A DNA stretch of 64,000 nucleotides from Deltaproteobacteria bacterium (GCA_019313825.1 JAFDAM010000001.1:13121-77120); one strand, 5' to 3'. Shown: positions 46,563 to 59,090, numbered from the stretch's first letter. Translations and numbers: made by a program. The notes: a model not told the origin generated them from the letters alone.

Positions 46563-49022
46563 CTATTCATCCATTAATTTTGCCACTCCAACTACCTTCT
46601 CTCCTTCGCCCAGGTTAATCAGTTTTACACCCTGGGTGTTCCGGCCGATGACAGAGATATCCGCCACCCCCATCCTGATGATCTTCCCCTGTTCGGTAAT
46701 GATCATCAGCTCATCCTGATTAGCCACCTGATAGGAATAGACAACCGGTCCGTTTCTCTCCGTGGCCTTTATGGTCAGTATCCCTTTACCGCCCCTTGAC
46801 TGGCACCGGTATTCTTCTGTCTTGGTCCTCTTTCCAAATCCGTTCTCCGTAACAGTGAGGATCGTGGCCCCCTCCTTAAGAGCCTCCATCCCGACCGCTT
46901 CATCGTCAGGCTCCATCCGGATCCCGATGTTCCCCGCAGCCACCCTTCCCATACCCCTCAGGTCAGACTCCTTGAACCGGATGGATTTTCCCTGGCGTGT
47001 TGCTATAAAGATATCGTCTTCACCGCCTGTAACCCTCACACAGATCAGTTCATCGTCTTCATTGATCTTTAACGCGATAATGCCCTTGGTCCTCGGGTTG
47101 CTGTAAGCAATGAGTTCGGTCTTTTTGACCAGGCCCTTCTTTGTGGCCATGACAACGTACTTTGCATCCTCAAAGTCCCTGACATTCAGAGTGGTTGCTA
47201 CGCGCTCTCCCTTCTGTAGCTCAAGGAGGTTTACTATTGCCTTACCCCTTGCCATACGGCCCGCCTCTTGAATCTCGTGTACCTTCTTCCAGTAGACCCT
47301 GCCCTTGTTTGTGAAAAAGAGGAGATAATCAAGGGAGGAGGCTACAAAGAGGTGCTCAACAAAGTCCTCGTCCTTCGGCACAACACCGGTAAGGCCCTTT
47401 CCACCTCGGCGCTGTGCCCTGTAAAGGCTTATGGGGTTCCGCTTGATATAACCCCTGTGGCTCATGGTAACGACCATGTCCTCTTCGGCAATCAGGTCTT
47501 CAAGCCCTATCTCTCCGTCCTCTTCGAGGATCTCGGTCCTTCGCTCATCACCATAGAGTTTGGTGATCTCCTTCATCTCGTCCTTGATTATCTGAAGGAC
47601 CTTGTCCGGACTATCCATGATGGCCTTGAAGTGGGCAATATTTGTTATAAGCTCACTGTATTCAGCATCAATCTTCTCGCGCTCCAGGCCCGTAAGTCTC
47701 TGGAGTCTCAAGTTAAGGATCTCCTGGGCCTGGATATCTGTGAACTCAAACTCCTCGATCAGTCTTGCCTTTGCCTCCGCAGGATCAGATGAAGACCTGA
47801 TAAGAGCGATCACATCATCGAGAAAATCCAACGCCTTTTTATAGCCCTCAAGGATGTGTGCCCTGGCCTCGGCCTTATTGAGATCAAAAAGGGTCCTTCT
47901 TATTATGACCTCTCGGCGGTGATCGATGAATTGTTCCAGGATCTCCTTGAGGTTCAGGACCTGTGGCCTTCCCTTTACGATCGCGAGAAAGATGATCCCA
48001 AAAGAGATCTCCATCTGGGTGAACTTGTAGAGGCGATTAAGTATCACAAGGGCCTTTCCATCCCTCTTGACATCGATCACGATCCGCATACCGTCCCGGT
48101 CGGATTCATCCCTGATGTCTGATATCCCTTCAATTTTCTTGTTCTTTACAAGCTCCGCGATCTTCTCCAGAAGTCGTGCCTTATTAACCTGATAGGGAAT
48201 CTCCGAGACAATAACCCTCTCCAGGTTCTTGCCGACCATCTCGACAAAGGCCCTCGCCCGTATCTTGATAATTCCCCTTCCTGTTTTATAGGCCTCGGTT
48301 ATTCCCCTGCGACCAATGATAAATCCCGCTGTGGGAAAATCCGGACCCTGCACGACCCCTGTAAGTTCTCCCATGGAAATCTCAGGATTGTCGATCAGAT
48401 CGACTGTGGCACTACACACCTCACCAAGATTATGCGGAGGGATGTTTGTTGCCATACCGACGGCAATGCCTGATGATCCGTTTACCAGCAAGTTGGGTAT
48501 GCTTGTGGGAAGGACAAGCGGTTCAAGGAGAGAGTCGTCATAGTTTGGCCCGAAATCCACTGTCTCCTTCTCCAGGTCTGACAGGAAGTCCTGGGCAAGT
48601 CTGGTCATGCGGACTTCGGTATATCGCATTGCGGCAGCAGGATCACCGTCAACAGAGCCGAAATTCCCCTGCCCGTCTATAAGGGGGTACCTTAAAGAGA
48701 AGTCCTGGGCCATCCTTACGATCGTGTCATAGACCGCAACATCCCCGTGAGGGTGGTACTTACCTATTACATCACCCACAACGCGGGCCGATTTTTTATA
48801 CGGCCTGTTGTAGTAATTTTTCAGGTCGTGCATTCCAAACAATACACGTCTGTGTACCGGTTTCAGCCCATCACGAATATCGGGCAGCGCCCTCCCCACT
48901 ATCACACTCATGGAGTACTCGAGATAGGCCTTCTTCATCTCTTCTTCTATGTTTACAAAAGTAAAATTACCATTCGAGACCATTTCTATTCCCCAAAATT
49001 CAGGCGAAGAGCGTTCGGCCAA
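46563..49022 (-). CDS. gyrA: DNA gyrase subunit A
   Basis: [27 protein letters not shown], the active-site region AAMRYTE and C-terminal beta-pinwheel repeats. The exact start is uncertain (alternative Met 14 codons in). Confidence 0.95.
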   Translation of the reverse strand: MAERSSPEFWGIEMVSNGNFTFVNIEEEMKKAYLEYSMSVIVGRALPDIRDGLKPVHRRVLFGMHDLKNYYNRPYKKSARVVGDVIGKYHPHGDVAVYDTIVRMAQDFSLRYPLIDGQGNFGSVDGDPAAAMRYTEVRMTRLAQDFLSDLEKETVDFGPNYDDSLLEPLVLPTSIPNLLVNGSSGIAVGMATNIPPHNLGEVCSATVDLIDNPEISMGELTGVVQGPDFPTAGFIIGRRGITEAYKTGRGIIKIRARAFVEMVGKNLERVIVSEIPYQVNKARLLEKIAELVKNKKIEGISDIRDESDRDGMRIVIDVKRDGKALVILNRLYKFTQMEISFGIIFLAIVKGRPQVLNLKEILEQFIDHRREVIIRRTLFDLNKAEARAHILEGYKKALDFLDDVIALIRSSSDPAEAKARLIEEFEFTDIQAQEILNLRLQRLTGLEREKIDAEYSELITNIAHFKAIMDSPDKVLQIIKDEMKEITKLYGDERRTEILEEDGEIGLEDLIAEEDMVVTMSHRGYIKRNPISLYRAQRRGGKGLTGVVPKDEDFVEHLFVASSLDYLLFFTNKGRVYWKKVHEIQEAGRMARGKAIVNLLELQKGERVATTLNVRDFEDAKYVVMATKKGLVKKTELIAYSNPRTKGIIALKINEDDELICVRVTGGEDDIFIATRQGKSIRFKESDLRGMGRVAAGNIGIRMEPDDEAVGMEALKEGATILTVTENGFGKRTKTEEYRCQSRGGKGILTIKATERNGPVVYSYQVANQDELMIITEQGKIIRMGVADISVIGRNTQGVKLINLGEGEKVVGVAKLMDE

Positions 49023-49064
49023 AACAGACCTATCTTTTAGTTTTGACTTCCTGCCTTTCGCCTC

Positions 49065-51467
<2,403 letters not shown>

Positions 51468-52583
51468 CTATATCCTCATCGGCATAACCAGGCCTAAAAA
51501 ACCTTTATCTTCTTCACCTTTTATTAGACATGGGCTGGAATTATCTATTAGTCCCAGTTCAACAATATCACTATCCATAGACTGAAGCACATCTAAAAAA
51601 TACCGTGAATTAAAACCCATCTCAAGGTGTTCATCTTTATATTCCACTACTATATTATCCTGAGCATCTCCAAGATCGGGATTAATTGAAACAAGTTTTA
51701 GATTATTATCTTCCATAATAATTTTTACTCCCCTGTAACTCTCACTACTCAAGATAATCATTCTCTTCATACCATCTAATAGCTCCTTATTTTTTATCTT
51801 TACTTGATATTTAACAGCCTTAGGAATAACAGAATTATAATCAGGAAACTTAGTTTCTAAAAGTCTAATCACAATAAGAGAATTCCCTTTTCTAGCCACA
51901 CAATTATTCTTTTTAAACCCTAAAAATATCTTCTCACCTTTAGTTATTAATCTATCCAACTCCTGCATTCCTTTTTTTGGTATCATAACTCCGTTGTCTA
52001 TCTTTAGATCTTCAATATTCTCGATCTCTTTATCCATCATAGATAAGCGGTGTCCATCTGTCGAGACCATTCTTAGATATGTCTTTCCCTTTTTATCTAC
52101 CTTTTCTATATATATCCCTGAGAGTTTAAACCCTGCCTCCTCTAATGTTACGGAATATATGGTCTTATTAATCATCTCGCTTAATACATCTCCTTCTATT
52201 TCAACCATACTTACCCCTTCAGGTTCAACAAAGACGGGAAATTCTTCAGCCGGGAGACATGCCATATTATATTTTGTCTTATCATCTGATATAAATACCC
52301 AGTTATTTTCTTTCTCTTTTAAATAAATATCCTGACTTTTACTTTCCTTTAATATCTCAAATAATTTTCTACCTAATATGGTGATACTTCCTGGATTTAT
52401 GACTTCAGCCGGAATCGTCTGCTGAAGACTTATCTCTAAATCAGTGGCTGATATCTGTATTCCCGAATCAACAGTTGATAAAAGTATCATTGATAGAATA
52501 GGCATATTACTCCTCTTCTCAACAATACTTTGAACCCTGGAAAGAGATCCATAAAGTTCGTCCCTTTTAATCTTTATCTCCAT
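51468..52583 (-). CDS. dnaN: DNA polymerase III beta sliding clamp
   Basis: Three-domain clamp pattern and a C-terminal ..GLVMPMRI. Start at MEIKIKRDEL with GGAGGAG 6 nt upstream. Markedly AT-rich coding sequence. Confidence 0.9.
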   Translation of the reverse strand: MEIKIKRDELYGSLSRVQSIVEKRSNMPILSMILLSTVDSGIQISATDLEISLQQTIPAEVINPGSITILGRKLFEILKESKSQDIYLKEKENNWVFISDDKTKYNMACLPAEEFPVFVEPEGVSMVEIEGDVLSEMINKTIYSVTLEEAGFKLSGIYIEKVDKKGKTYLRMVSTDGHRLSMMDKEIENIEDLKIDNGVMIPKKGMQELDRLITKGEKIFLGFKKNNCVARKGNSLIVIRLLETKFPDYNSVIPKAVKYQVKIKNKELLDGMKRMIILSSESYRGVKIIMEDNNLKLVSINPDLGDAQDNIVVEYKDEHLEMGFNSRYFLDVLQSMDSDIVELGLIDNSSPCLIKGEEDKGFLGLVMPMRI

Positions 52584-52844
52584 ATGTATCTCCTCCATTC
52601 TAAATATTATTTTTATAGTATTAAATATTAATAATAATAATATATATTGTTACATTTTTAGAAACTTAATTAACTCATTGAAAATAGAATAAATTTATTA
52701 ATTAAAATTTAAACATAGATTCTATTGTTTTAAAATATATTAGTTAAAAAATTATATTTTTCTTCTTCTAAATAAAAATTTTGAAAGAGATAGAAAGTTT
52801 TTTTAAAAGTAGTGAAAAAAAGTATAGAAAGTATTTTATTAATA
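52584..52844. other. Extremely AT-rich dnaA-dnaN intergenic region (candidate DNA-unwinding/origin element)
   Basis: Almost pure A/T for ~250 bp. Direct repeat ATAGAAAGT x2 (about 52790 and 52824). No consensus TTATCCACA boxes seen. Confidence 0.35.
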
Positions 52845-54152
52845 TCAGTTTAAAAAATTTTCAATATTATTAATATCTTCCCTTATATCTTTTCTTTTGT
52901 TTTTTAATTTATCTATCTTTTTAACCGCGTAGATTATTGTTGAGTGATCTTTATCTCCATATAGATATCCAATCTCAGAAAAAGAAAGATCTGTATGTTT
53001 TCTGCATAGATACATAGAAATATGTCTTGGGTAAGAATAAAACCTCTTTTTTTTATCAGAAATAAGCTCAGATACTGAGATATTAAAATACCCGGACGTA
53101 ATAGATTGTATATCTTTTACACTTAACTTAATACCTTTATTATTTTTAATAATAGATTTTATCATAGAGATATTAATATCTCCGTTATTCAGAGATGAAT
53201 AAGTTTCAAATCTAACAATATTTTTTAATAAACTTTTTATATTATCATTGGTTTTAACTAATAAAGATATTATATCCTTTGGAATATTAATTTTATTCTC
53301 TTTTATTTTTCTTTTAATAATATTTAATTTTGTATTTTGATCATATTCCTTAATCTCGATTAAAAGACCCCATCCTAATCTCGACTTTAATTGAGAATTA
53401 ATATTATTGATTCTGTTTAAAGGTCTGTCTCCGGTTACGACAATCTGTTTGTTTTCCATGTATAGATCATTAAATATAGAGAGAAATTCTTCCTGTACCC
53501 TTTTTCGGTTGGAGATATGTTGAATATCGTCAAATAATAATATATCTATATTAAGATATTTTTCTCTAAATTTATCAAAAATATTATTTCTTACTGAATA
53601 ATTATAATCAGACAGAAAGGTTTTAGATGATACATATCCTATTCGAAAATAAGGATCTTTATTAAGTATCTGATTACCTATTGCATTTAATAGATGAGTC
53701 TTACCAAGGCTTAGATTAGAAAAGATGTAGATAGGGTTATAATGGTTTCCCGGTCTATTAGCCACTTCAAAAGATGAGGAAAAGGCAAACCTATTACACT
53801 CCCCTATTATAAAACTGTCAAAAGTCATAGATATGTTTATATTATATTTAAATAAATCTGATTGTTTGGTTTGCTGTGGCTGAGATGATATGACTGTGGT
53901 TGACGGGTTATTATGTGAAAAGACTATCTCAGGAGCCTCTTTTAGTATCCGTTTAAAAGATTGTTTTATCTCTTCGAGGTAGTTATCGCGTAACCATTTG
54001 ATAATGAACTTGTTTGGGACCCCTATAATTGCGACATTATTATCCAGTTTATTAAGGGTTATCTGTGAGAACCATGTTTCAAATTCAGGTCTGGGTATTC
54101 GCTGTTTTAGACTTCTTGTGATCTGGTCCCAAATCCCAATTTCTGTTGACAT
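52845..54152 (-). CDS. dnaA: Chromosomal replication initiator DnaA paralogue 2 (canonical synteny, very AT-rich, atypical P-loop and Arg-finger region)
   Basis: Walker B LLFDDIQHI, SLGKTHLLNAIGN, RL.WGL and domain IV DKDHSTIIYA. The P-loop starts SNLSLGKT, and the box VII position reads NIKSLLKNI (Lys where Arg is expected). Confidence 0.85.
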   Translation of the reverse strand: MSTEIGIWDQITRSLKQRIPRPEFETWFSQITLNKLDNNVAIIGVPNKFIIKWLRDNYLEEIKQSFKRILKEAPEIVFSHNNPSTTVISSQPQQTKQSDLFKYNINISMTFDSFIIGECNRFAFSSSFEVANRPGNHYNPIYIFSNLSLGKTHLLNAIGNQILNKDPYFRIGYVSSKTFLSDYNYSVRNNIFDKFREKYLNIDILLFDDIQHISNRKRVQEEFLSIFNDLYMENKQIVVTGDRPLNRINNINSQLKSRLGWGLLIEIKEYDQNTKLNIIKRKIKENKINIPKDIISLLVKTNDNIKSLLKNIVRFETYSSLNNGDINISMIKSIIKNNKGIKLSVKDIQSITSGYFNISVSELISDKKKRFYSYPRHISMYLCRKHTDLSFSEIGYLYGDKDHSTIIYAVKKIDKLKNKRKDIREDINNIENFLN

Positions 54153-54252
54153 ATTAAGATATTAACCTATATGTTTTATTAAGATAAAAATAAATTAATT
54201 TTAGAAAATTTTTAGTGGAATATCAACTAAAAATTTCTAAAAGGAGGATATA

Positions 54253-55002
54253 ATGACGTACTCTATTGGACTTGCCGGGAAAGGTGGAACCGGCAAGACA
54301 ACCATTGCAGGTCTGTTGATCAAATATCTCAATGAAAAAGGGAAGATTCCGGTCCTGGCAGTAGATGCAGATTCAAATGCCAATCTGAATGAGGTCCTGG
54401 GGCTTGAGGTCACGGAGACCCTTGGAGACGCAAGGGAAGAGATGAAGAAAGGTGTCTCTACTGGTATGACAAAAGATATATTTATGGAGATGAAACTGGG
54501 GGAGGCGGTTGTTGAGACAGAAGGCTTTGACCTTATCGTCATGGGTAGGCCTGAAGGGAGTGGTTGTTATTGTGCGGCCAACACATTACTTACCCAGTAT
54601 CTTGACAGATTAATAGATAATTATTCATGTGTAGTAATAGACAATGAAGCGGGGATGGAACATATCAGCAGGCTGACCACCAATAACATCGACCTACTTC
54701 TGATCATCTCCGATGCGTCACGAAGAGGCATCCTGTCCGCTGCCAGGATATCTGCTCTGACAGATGATTTGGGATTGAATATAGGAAATAAACTATTTAT
54801 TATTAATCAAGTGAAAGAGGGACAAGAGGAGGCATTAAAAAAGGCTGCGGATGAGCATCAACTGGAACTGGCCGGTATCATACCTGAGGACGACCTGGTA
54901 CGGGAATTTGATCTAAAGGGTAGACCTACAATTGAGCTTGACAAAAAGAGTAATGCCTTTAAGGCGGCATATGAGGTCTTTGATAGGATAATAGACATAT
55001 AA
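54253..55002 (+). CDS. cooC: CODH/ACS nickel-insertion accessory ATPase CooC/AcsF
   Basis: Deviant Walker A GKGGTGKTT and CooC-type CxC (GSGCYCAAN). RBS AAGGAGG. Confidence 0.85.
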   Translation: MTYSIGLAGKGGTGKTTIAGLLIKYLNEKGKIPVLAVDADSNANLNEVLGLEVTETLGDAREEMKKGVSTGMTKDIFMEMKLGEAVVETEGFDLIVMGRPEGSGCYCAANTLLTQYLDRLIDNYSCVVIDNEAGMEHISRLTTNNIDLLLIISDASRRGILSAARISALTDDLGLNIGNKLFIINQVKEGQEEALKKAADEHQLELAGIIPEDDLVREFDLKGRPTIELDKKSNAFKAAYEVFDRIIDI

Positions 55003-55089
55003 AATCAATATATAGTGTTGTTATAACAATAAAACTCAATATATAGTTTTTTACCTATATAAACAGCTCGTTTTATTGAGAAAAACTGC

Positions 55090-55118
55090 TTGACAAGAAA
55101 CACGTTGGAATCTATATG
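55090..55118 (+). promoter_or_regulatory. Sigma-70-like promoter candidate upstream of acsD
   Basis: TTGACA-17 nt-TATATG. Preceded by a direct repeat TCAATATATAGT x2 (about 55006 and 55037). Confidence 0.35.
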
Positions 55119-55273
55119 TTACTGTCTGAACCCTCTTGAAAAGGGTTTATTTTTTTGTTATGCTTTGTTATATTTTTCACATAAAAACAAGTGTCATAAT
55201 TTCAATAAGTTACCATACTTAACAATCGGAATCCAAGAATTTTTTTATAATCCAAATAAAGGAGGTAAAGAAA

Positions 55274-56824
55274 TTGGCCTTTGAAATTCCAAAACAACCC
55301 TATTCCGGAGAGATAGGAGAGACCACCATCGGTACAGGTAAGGGCGCTGTTACGCTGGGAGGGGAAGATTCATACCCTTTCCATACCTTTGAAGGAAAGA
55401 TGCCGAACCCTCCAAAGATCGCCATGGAGGTCTGGGATTACGATCCAACAGAGGAGTGGCCGGCAGCGGCAGTTGAGCCCTTTAAGGATGTAATATCATC
55501 GCCGGATGCATGGGCAAAAAAATGTGTTGATGAACATGGGGCTGACATGATAGTGCTCCAACTAAAGAGTACCGACCCCAACGGAATGGACAGGGGTGCG
55601 GACGAGGCCGCTGAAGTAGCGAAAAAGGTGGCTGATGCCGTTGACGTGCCGCTGGTCTTATGGGGTACGGCAAATAACCAGAAAGACGAAGAGGTCCTTA
55701 AAAAGATCTCAGAGGTATGTGAAGGGAAAAATGTGGCGCTTGGTCCGGTTGAAGAGGGGAATTACAAGGCAGTCGGTGCAAGCGCCTTGGGTTATAATCA
55801 CATTATTATCTCATCATCACCCATTGACGTGAATCTGGCCAAGCAGTTGAATATTCTCCTTGGAAACCTCGGGGTCCAGAGCAATAAAATCATCATAGAT
55901 CCCACGACAGGCGGACTCGGTTACGGCATGGAATACGGCTACTCCGTCATGGAGCGGATCCGTATGGCTGCCCTGACACAGGAAGACGAAAAACTCCAGA
56001 TCCCCATGATCAACAATATAGGTAATGAGGTATGGAAGTGCAAGGAGGTCAAGCAGCCCATAGATGAGGCCCCTGCGCAGGGTGACCCGGAGAAACGGGC
56101 TATCATGATGGAGGCGACAGCCGCTGTATGTTATCTGCTTGCCGGATCTGATGTGGCCATCCTCAGGCACCCTGAGAGCGTGCGTCTGACCCGTTCTTTC
56201 ATCGATCTCATGATCAACGGCGGTATGGCCACCGACGTTACGGAGATTGCAAAGAACCTGGACCTTGAAGAGGCTGATCTGACTGCCATATCGCCTGAGC
56301 CGAACCTTGACTTTGGTGAAAAAGAGGCATCCAGAGAGAAGCCTGCCAAGCCCAAGAAGAAGGAAGCGCCCAAGCCCAAAAAGGAAGCAAAGACGGCCGC
56401 GCCCAAACTCAAGAAGAAGGAAGAGCCTAAGGTAAAGGCCAAAGATGAGGCCAAGGCAAAGGCCGAGGATGAGGCCAAGGCAAAGGCCGAGGATGAGGCC
56501 AAGGCAAAGGCCGATGCCGACGCCAAGGTAAAGGCCGAAGAGGGTGCCAAGGCTGAGGCGGATGCTAAGGCAAAGGCCGACGCTGCGGCAAAGGCCGAAG
56601 ATGATGCCCGGAAAAAGGCCGAGGCCGACGCCAGGGCAAAACGCGAGGCTGGAGAGGATGAGCAGAGGCAGAAGAGGGCGGCTGAGCGGGAAAAACTCGC
56701 GGCAGAGAGAAAAAAGGTCCCTGAAAAGCCTGATACAATGACCCCTGCGGCTGTGCAGAAGACAGAGCAGGAAAAGATATTAGAGCATCTGAACAGGATA
56801 CACAGGAGAATACCTTTATATTAA
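55274..56824 (+). CDS. acsD: Corrinoid iron-sulfur protein small subunit (AcsD/CdhD type) with a ~190-aa Lys/Ala/Glu-rich C-terminal extension
   Basis: TTG start after AAAGGAGGT. The N-terminal ~330 aa are AcsD-like (TIM-barrel pterin-binding-like, ..LVLWGTAN.., ..IIDPTTGGLGYG..). The tail is low-complexity AKAKAEDE repeats. Confidence 0.8.
   Translation: MAFEIPKQPYSGEIGETTIGTGKGAVTLGGEDSYPFHTFEGKMPNPPKIAMEVWDYDPTEEWPAAAVEPFKDVISSPDAWAKKCVDEHGADMIVLQLKSTDPNGMDRGADEAAEVAKKVADAVDVPLVLWGTANNQKDEEVLKKISEVCEGKNVALGPVEEGNYKAVGASALGYNHIIISSSPIDVNLAKQLNILLGNLGVQSNKIIIDPTTGGLGYGMEYGYSVMERIRMAALTQEDEKLQIPMINNIGNEVWKCKEVKQPIDEAPAQGDPEKRAIMMEATAAVCYLLAGSDVAILRHPESVRLTRSFIDLMINGGMATDVTEIAKNLDLEEADLTAISPEPNLDFGEKEASREKPAKPKKKEAPKPKKEAKTAAPKLKKKEEPKVKAKDEAKAKAEDEAKAKAEDEAKAKADADAKVKAEEGAKAEADAKAKADAAAKAEDDARKKAEADARAKREAGEDEQRQKRAAEREKLAAERKKVPEKPDTMTPAAVQKTEQEKILEHLNRIHRRIPLY
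56444..56515 (+). repeat. Three tandem 24-nt coding repeats (GATGAGGCCAAGGCAAAGGCCGAG) inside the acsD tail
   Basis: Perfect x2 plus one copy with one end mismatch. Encodes (DEAKAKAE)x3. Confidence 0.9.
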
Positions 56825-57027
56825 TAAAATCATTTCATGATTTTATATAACGCGGCTTCGCCGCTCTAAGCTTCGCCATGGGCGGAGCGTTATATAAAAT
56901 TGCGTAGCAATTTTATCCCTGTGCACGGCACGGGGTATTCTGGCTGAGTTATTTTGAAAGTCCCGCGAAACGGGACGTTACATGAAATCGTGTAGCGATT
57001 TCATAAAACTATGAGGAGGAACCTCTG
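56825..57027. repeat. Mosaic of small hairpin modules in the acsD-acsA intergenic spacer
   Basis: AAAATCATttcATGATTTT; a GC unit AACGCGGCTTCGCCGC..GGCGGAGCGTT; AAAATTGCgtaGCAATTTT; CCCTGTGCACGGCACGGGGTATTCTGGCT (also at 36895-36927); GTCCCGCGAAACGGGAC; GAAATCGtgtaGCGATTTC. Confidence 0.8.
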
Positions 57028-59055
57028 ATGGCAGAAGAGAAAAAAGAAAAGGCAGCCAAACCGTTGAAACTAGCTGATCCGGTCGCGGCTTCCATGGATG
57101 TGGCAACCCAGGAGATGATAGTGCGATCCCATGACCTGGGTATAGAGACGGTCTTTGACAGGGCCCAGACAATGAAACCATGTAATATCGGAATCCAGGG
57201 CACATGCTGTAAGAATTGTTCCATGGGTCCATGCCGCCTTCCCTTGCCCAAGAGCGGGATAGAGGGGGAAGACACACGAAAAGGCCTTTGTGGCGCCACG
57301 GCCAACACCATCGCTGCGCGTAATTTTATCAGGATGATCGCCGGCGGCGCCGCGGCGCACTCCGATCACGGCCGCTGCGTTGCAGAGGTCTTTATGTCGG
57401 CTGCTCGAAAAGAGACAGAAGCCTATAAGATAAAGGACACGGTAAAACTCCTTGCAATCGCCCCACATCTCGGCGTCGAGACTACGGTTGAGGTTGATGG
57501 CGAGACAAAGGACAGGGATATCGATGAGATCGCCCTTGAAGTGGCTGAAAAGGCCCTTAACGAATGGGGCAAGGCAGAAGGTGAGCTGCTCTACCCTAAG
57601 AGAGCCCCGGAGGCGTTGTATGAGAAGTGGAAAAAGAACGGTGTGCTTCCCAGGAACATAGACAGGGAGATTGTTGAGATCATGCACCGAACCCACATGG
57701 GCGTTGACCAGGACTACAGGAACCTGATCAAGCAGGGCACCAGGGCGGCCATTGCGGACGGCTGGGGCGGCTCCATGCTGGCGACGGACCTTCAGGACGT
57801 TCTCTTCGGGACACCATCACCTATCTTGTCGGAAGCGAACCTCGGTGTCATGAAGGAGGACCATGTAAACATCATTGTACACGGACATGAGCCCGTATTA
57901 TCCGAGATGATCGTGGCTGTCTCCCAGAAGCCGGAGATAATAGAGTATGCCAAATCCAAGGGTGCCAAGGGCATCCAGTTGGGCGGTATATGCTGTACAG
58001 CCAATGAGATCCTACAGCGTCACGGGATCCCCACTGCGGCGACATTCCTCCAGCAGGAGCTCGCCATCATCACAGGGGCGTGCGATGCTATGGTTGTGGA
58101 TATCCAGTGTATCTTCCAGAACCTTGCAAACGTTGCAAAGTGCTTCCACACCAAGCTGATTACCACCCATCCCATAGCCAAGATGGAGCAGGACAACGTC
58201 ATCCACATCGAGTTTGACGAGCATCACGCGCTTGAGGACGCCGAGAGGATCATCAGGATGGCAATCGATAACTTTGAAAACAGAGGCACTGAAGTTATGA
58301 TACCGAAACACAAGGCGACCCAGGTCGCTGGTTTCGGTGTTGAATCCATAGAGTACCACCTCGGCGGTACATTCCGCGGCTCATATTACACCTTGAACGA
58401 TAATATAATCAATGGCCGCATCCGGGGTATCGCCGGCGTGGTGGGTTGCAACAACGCCAGGACAAGACACAATGAAGGCCATATCACGGTCGTAAAAGAG
58501 CTGATCAAGAACGACGTGATAGTGCTTACAACCGGTTGCAACGGCATCGCCTGTGCCATGGAGGGGCTGCTGACACCCGAGAGCGCCGCTGTCCATTGCG
58601 GTCCCGGCCTGGCAGAGGTCTGCGAGACAGTAGGTATTCCGCCTGTCCTGCACCTCGGATCATGTGTCGATAATAGCCGTATCCTGCTGGCCGCAACAGA
58701 GGTGGTAAAGGCAGGAGGACTCGGAAATGACATCTGTGATCTGCCTGTCGCAGGCAGCGCCCCTGAGTGGATGAGCGAAAAGGCCATCAGCATCGGTCAT
58801 TATTTCGTTGTGTCAGGCGTGTATACGGTCTTCGGCGTCACCCTGCCCACATCAGGTGCACCAGTATTCCATAACTACATCAGCAAGGATCTGGAGAAGA
58901 TCTACGGTGGGATGTGGGATATCGAGCCTGACCCGATTAAGCACGCACGGCTTATGATCGCCCATATCGACAAGAAACGTAAGGAACTCGGCATAGACAA
59001 GGCCAGAGAGAGGGTTCTTATGGATATGGCGGATCGCCAGGCCTTGGACGCTTAA
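57028..59055 (+). CDS. acsA: Carbon monoxide dehydrogenase catalytic subunit (AcsA/CooS type)
   Basis: N-terminal Cys clusters (CNIGIQGTCCKNCSMGPCRL), C-cluster ligand regions (HGHEP, GGICCTANE, GCNN, GSCVDN). Confidence 0.92.
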   Translation: MAEEKKEKAAKPLKLADPVAASMDVATQEMIVRSHDLGIETVFDRAQTMKPCNIGIQGTCCKNCSMGPCRLPLPKSGIEGEDTRKGLCGATANTIAARNFIRMIAGGAAAHSDHGRCVAEVFMSAARKETEAYKIKDTVKLLAIAPHLGVETTVEVDGETKDRDIDEIALEVAEKALNEWGKAEGELLYPKRAPEALYEKWKKNGVLPRNIDREIVEIMHRTHMGVDQDYRNLIKQGTRAAIADGWGGSMLATDLQDVLFGTPSPILSEANLGVMKEDHVNIIVHGHEPVLSEMIVAVSQKPEIIEYAKSKGAKGIQLGGICCTANEILQRHGIPTAATFLQQELAIITGACDAMVVDIQCIFQNLANVAKCFHTKLITTHPIAKMEQDNVIHIEFDEHHALEDAERIIRMAIDNFENRGTEVMIPKHKATQVAGFGVESIEYHLGGTFRGSYYTLNDNIINGRIRGIAGVVGCNNARTRHNEGHITVVKELIKNDVIVLTTGCNGIACAMEGLLTPESAAVHCGPGLAEVCETVGIPPVLHLGSCVDNSRILLAATEVVKAGGLGNDICDLPVAGSAPEWMSEKAISIGHYFVVSGVYTVFGVTLPTSGAPVFHNYISKDLEKIYGGMWDIEPDPIKHARLMIAHIDKKRKELGIDKARERVLMDMADRQALDA

Positions 59056-59090
59056 TTAATAAATAATAATCCTCAACGAAGGAGGAAGAT

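Noticed and set aside
52584-52844. Assigning oriC definitively to the dnaA-2/dnaN spacer, the dnaA-2 upstream spacer, or the dnaA-1 upstream region on the basis of DnaA boxes.
   Set aside because: No cluster of consensus TTATCCACA boxes is visible in any of the three regions; only 1-2-mismatch singletons occur. AT-richness alone is insufficient, so the regions are listed only as low-confidence candidates.
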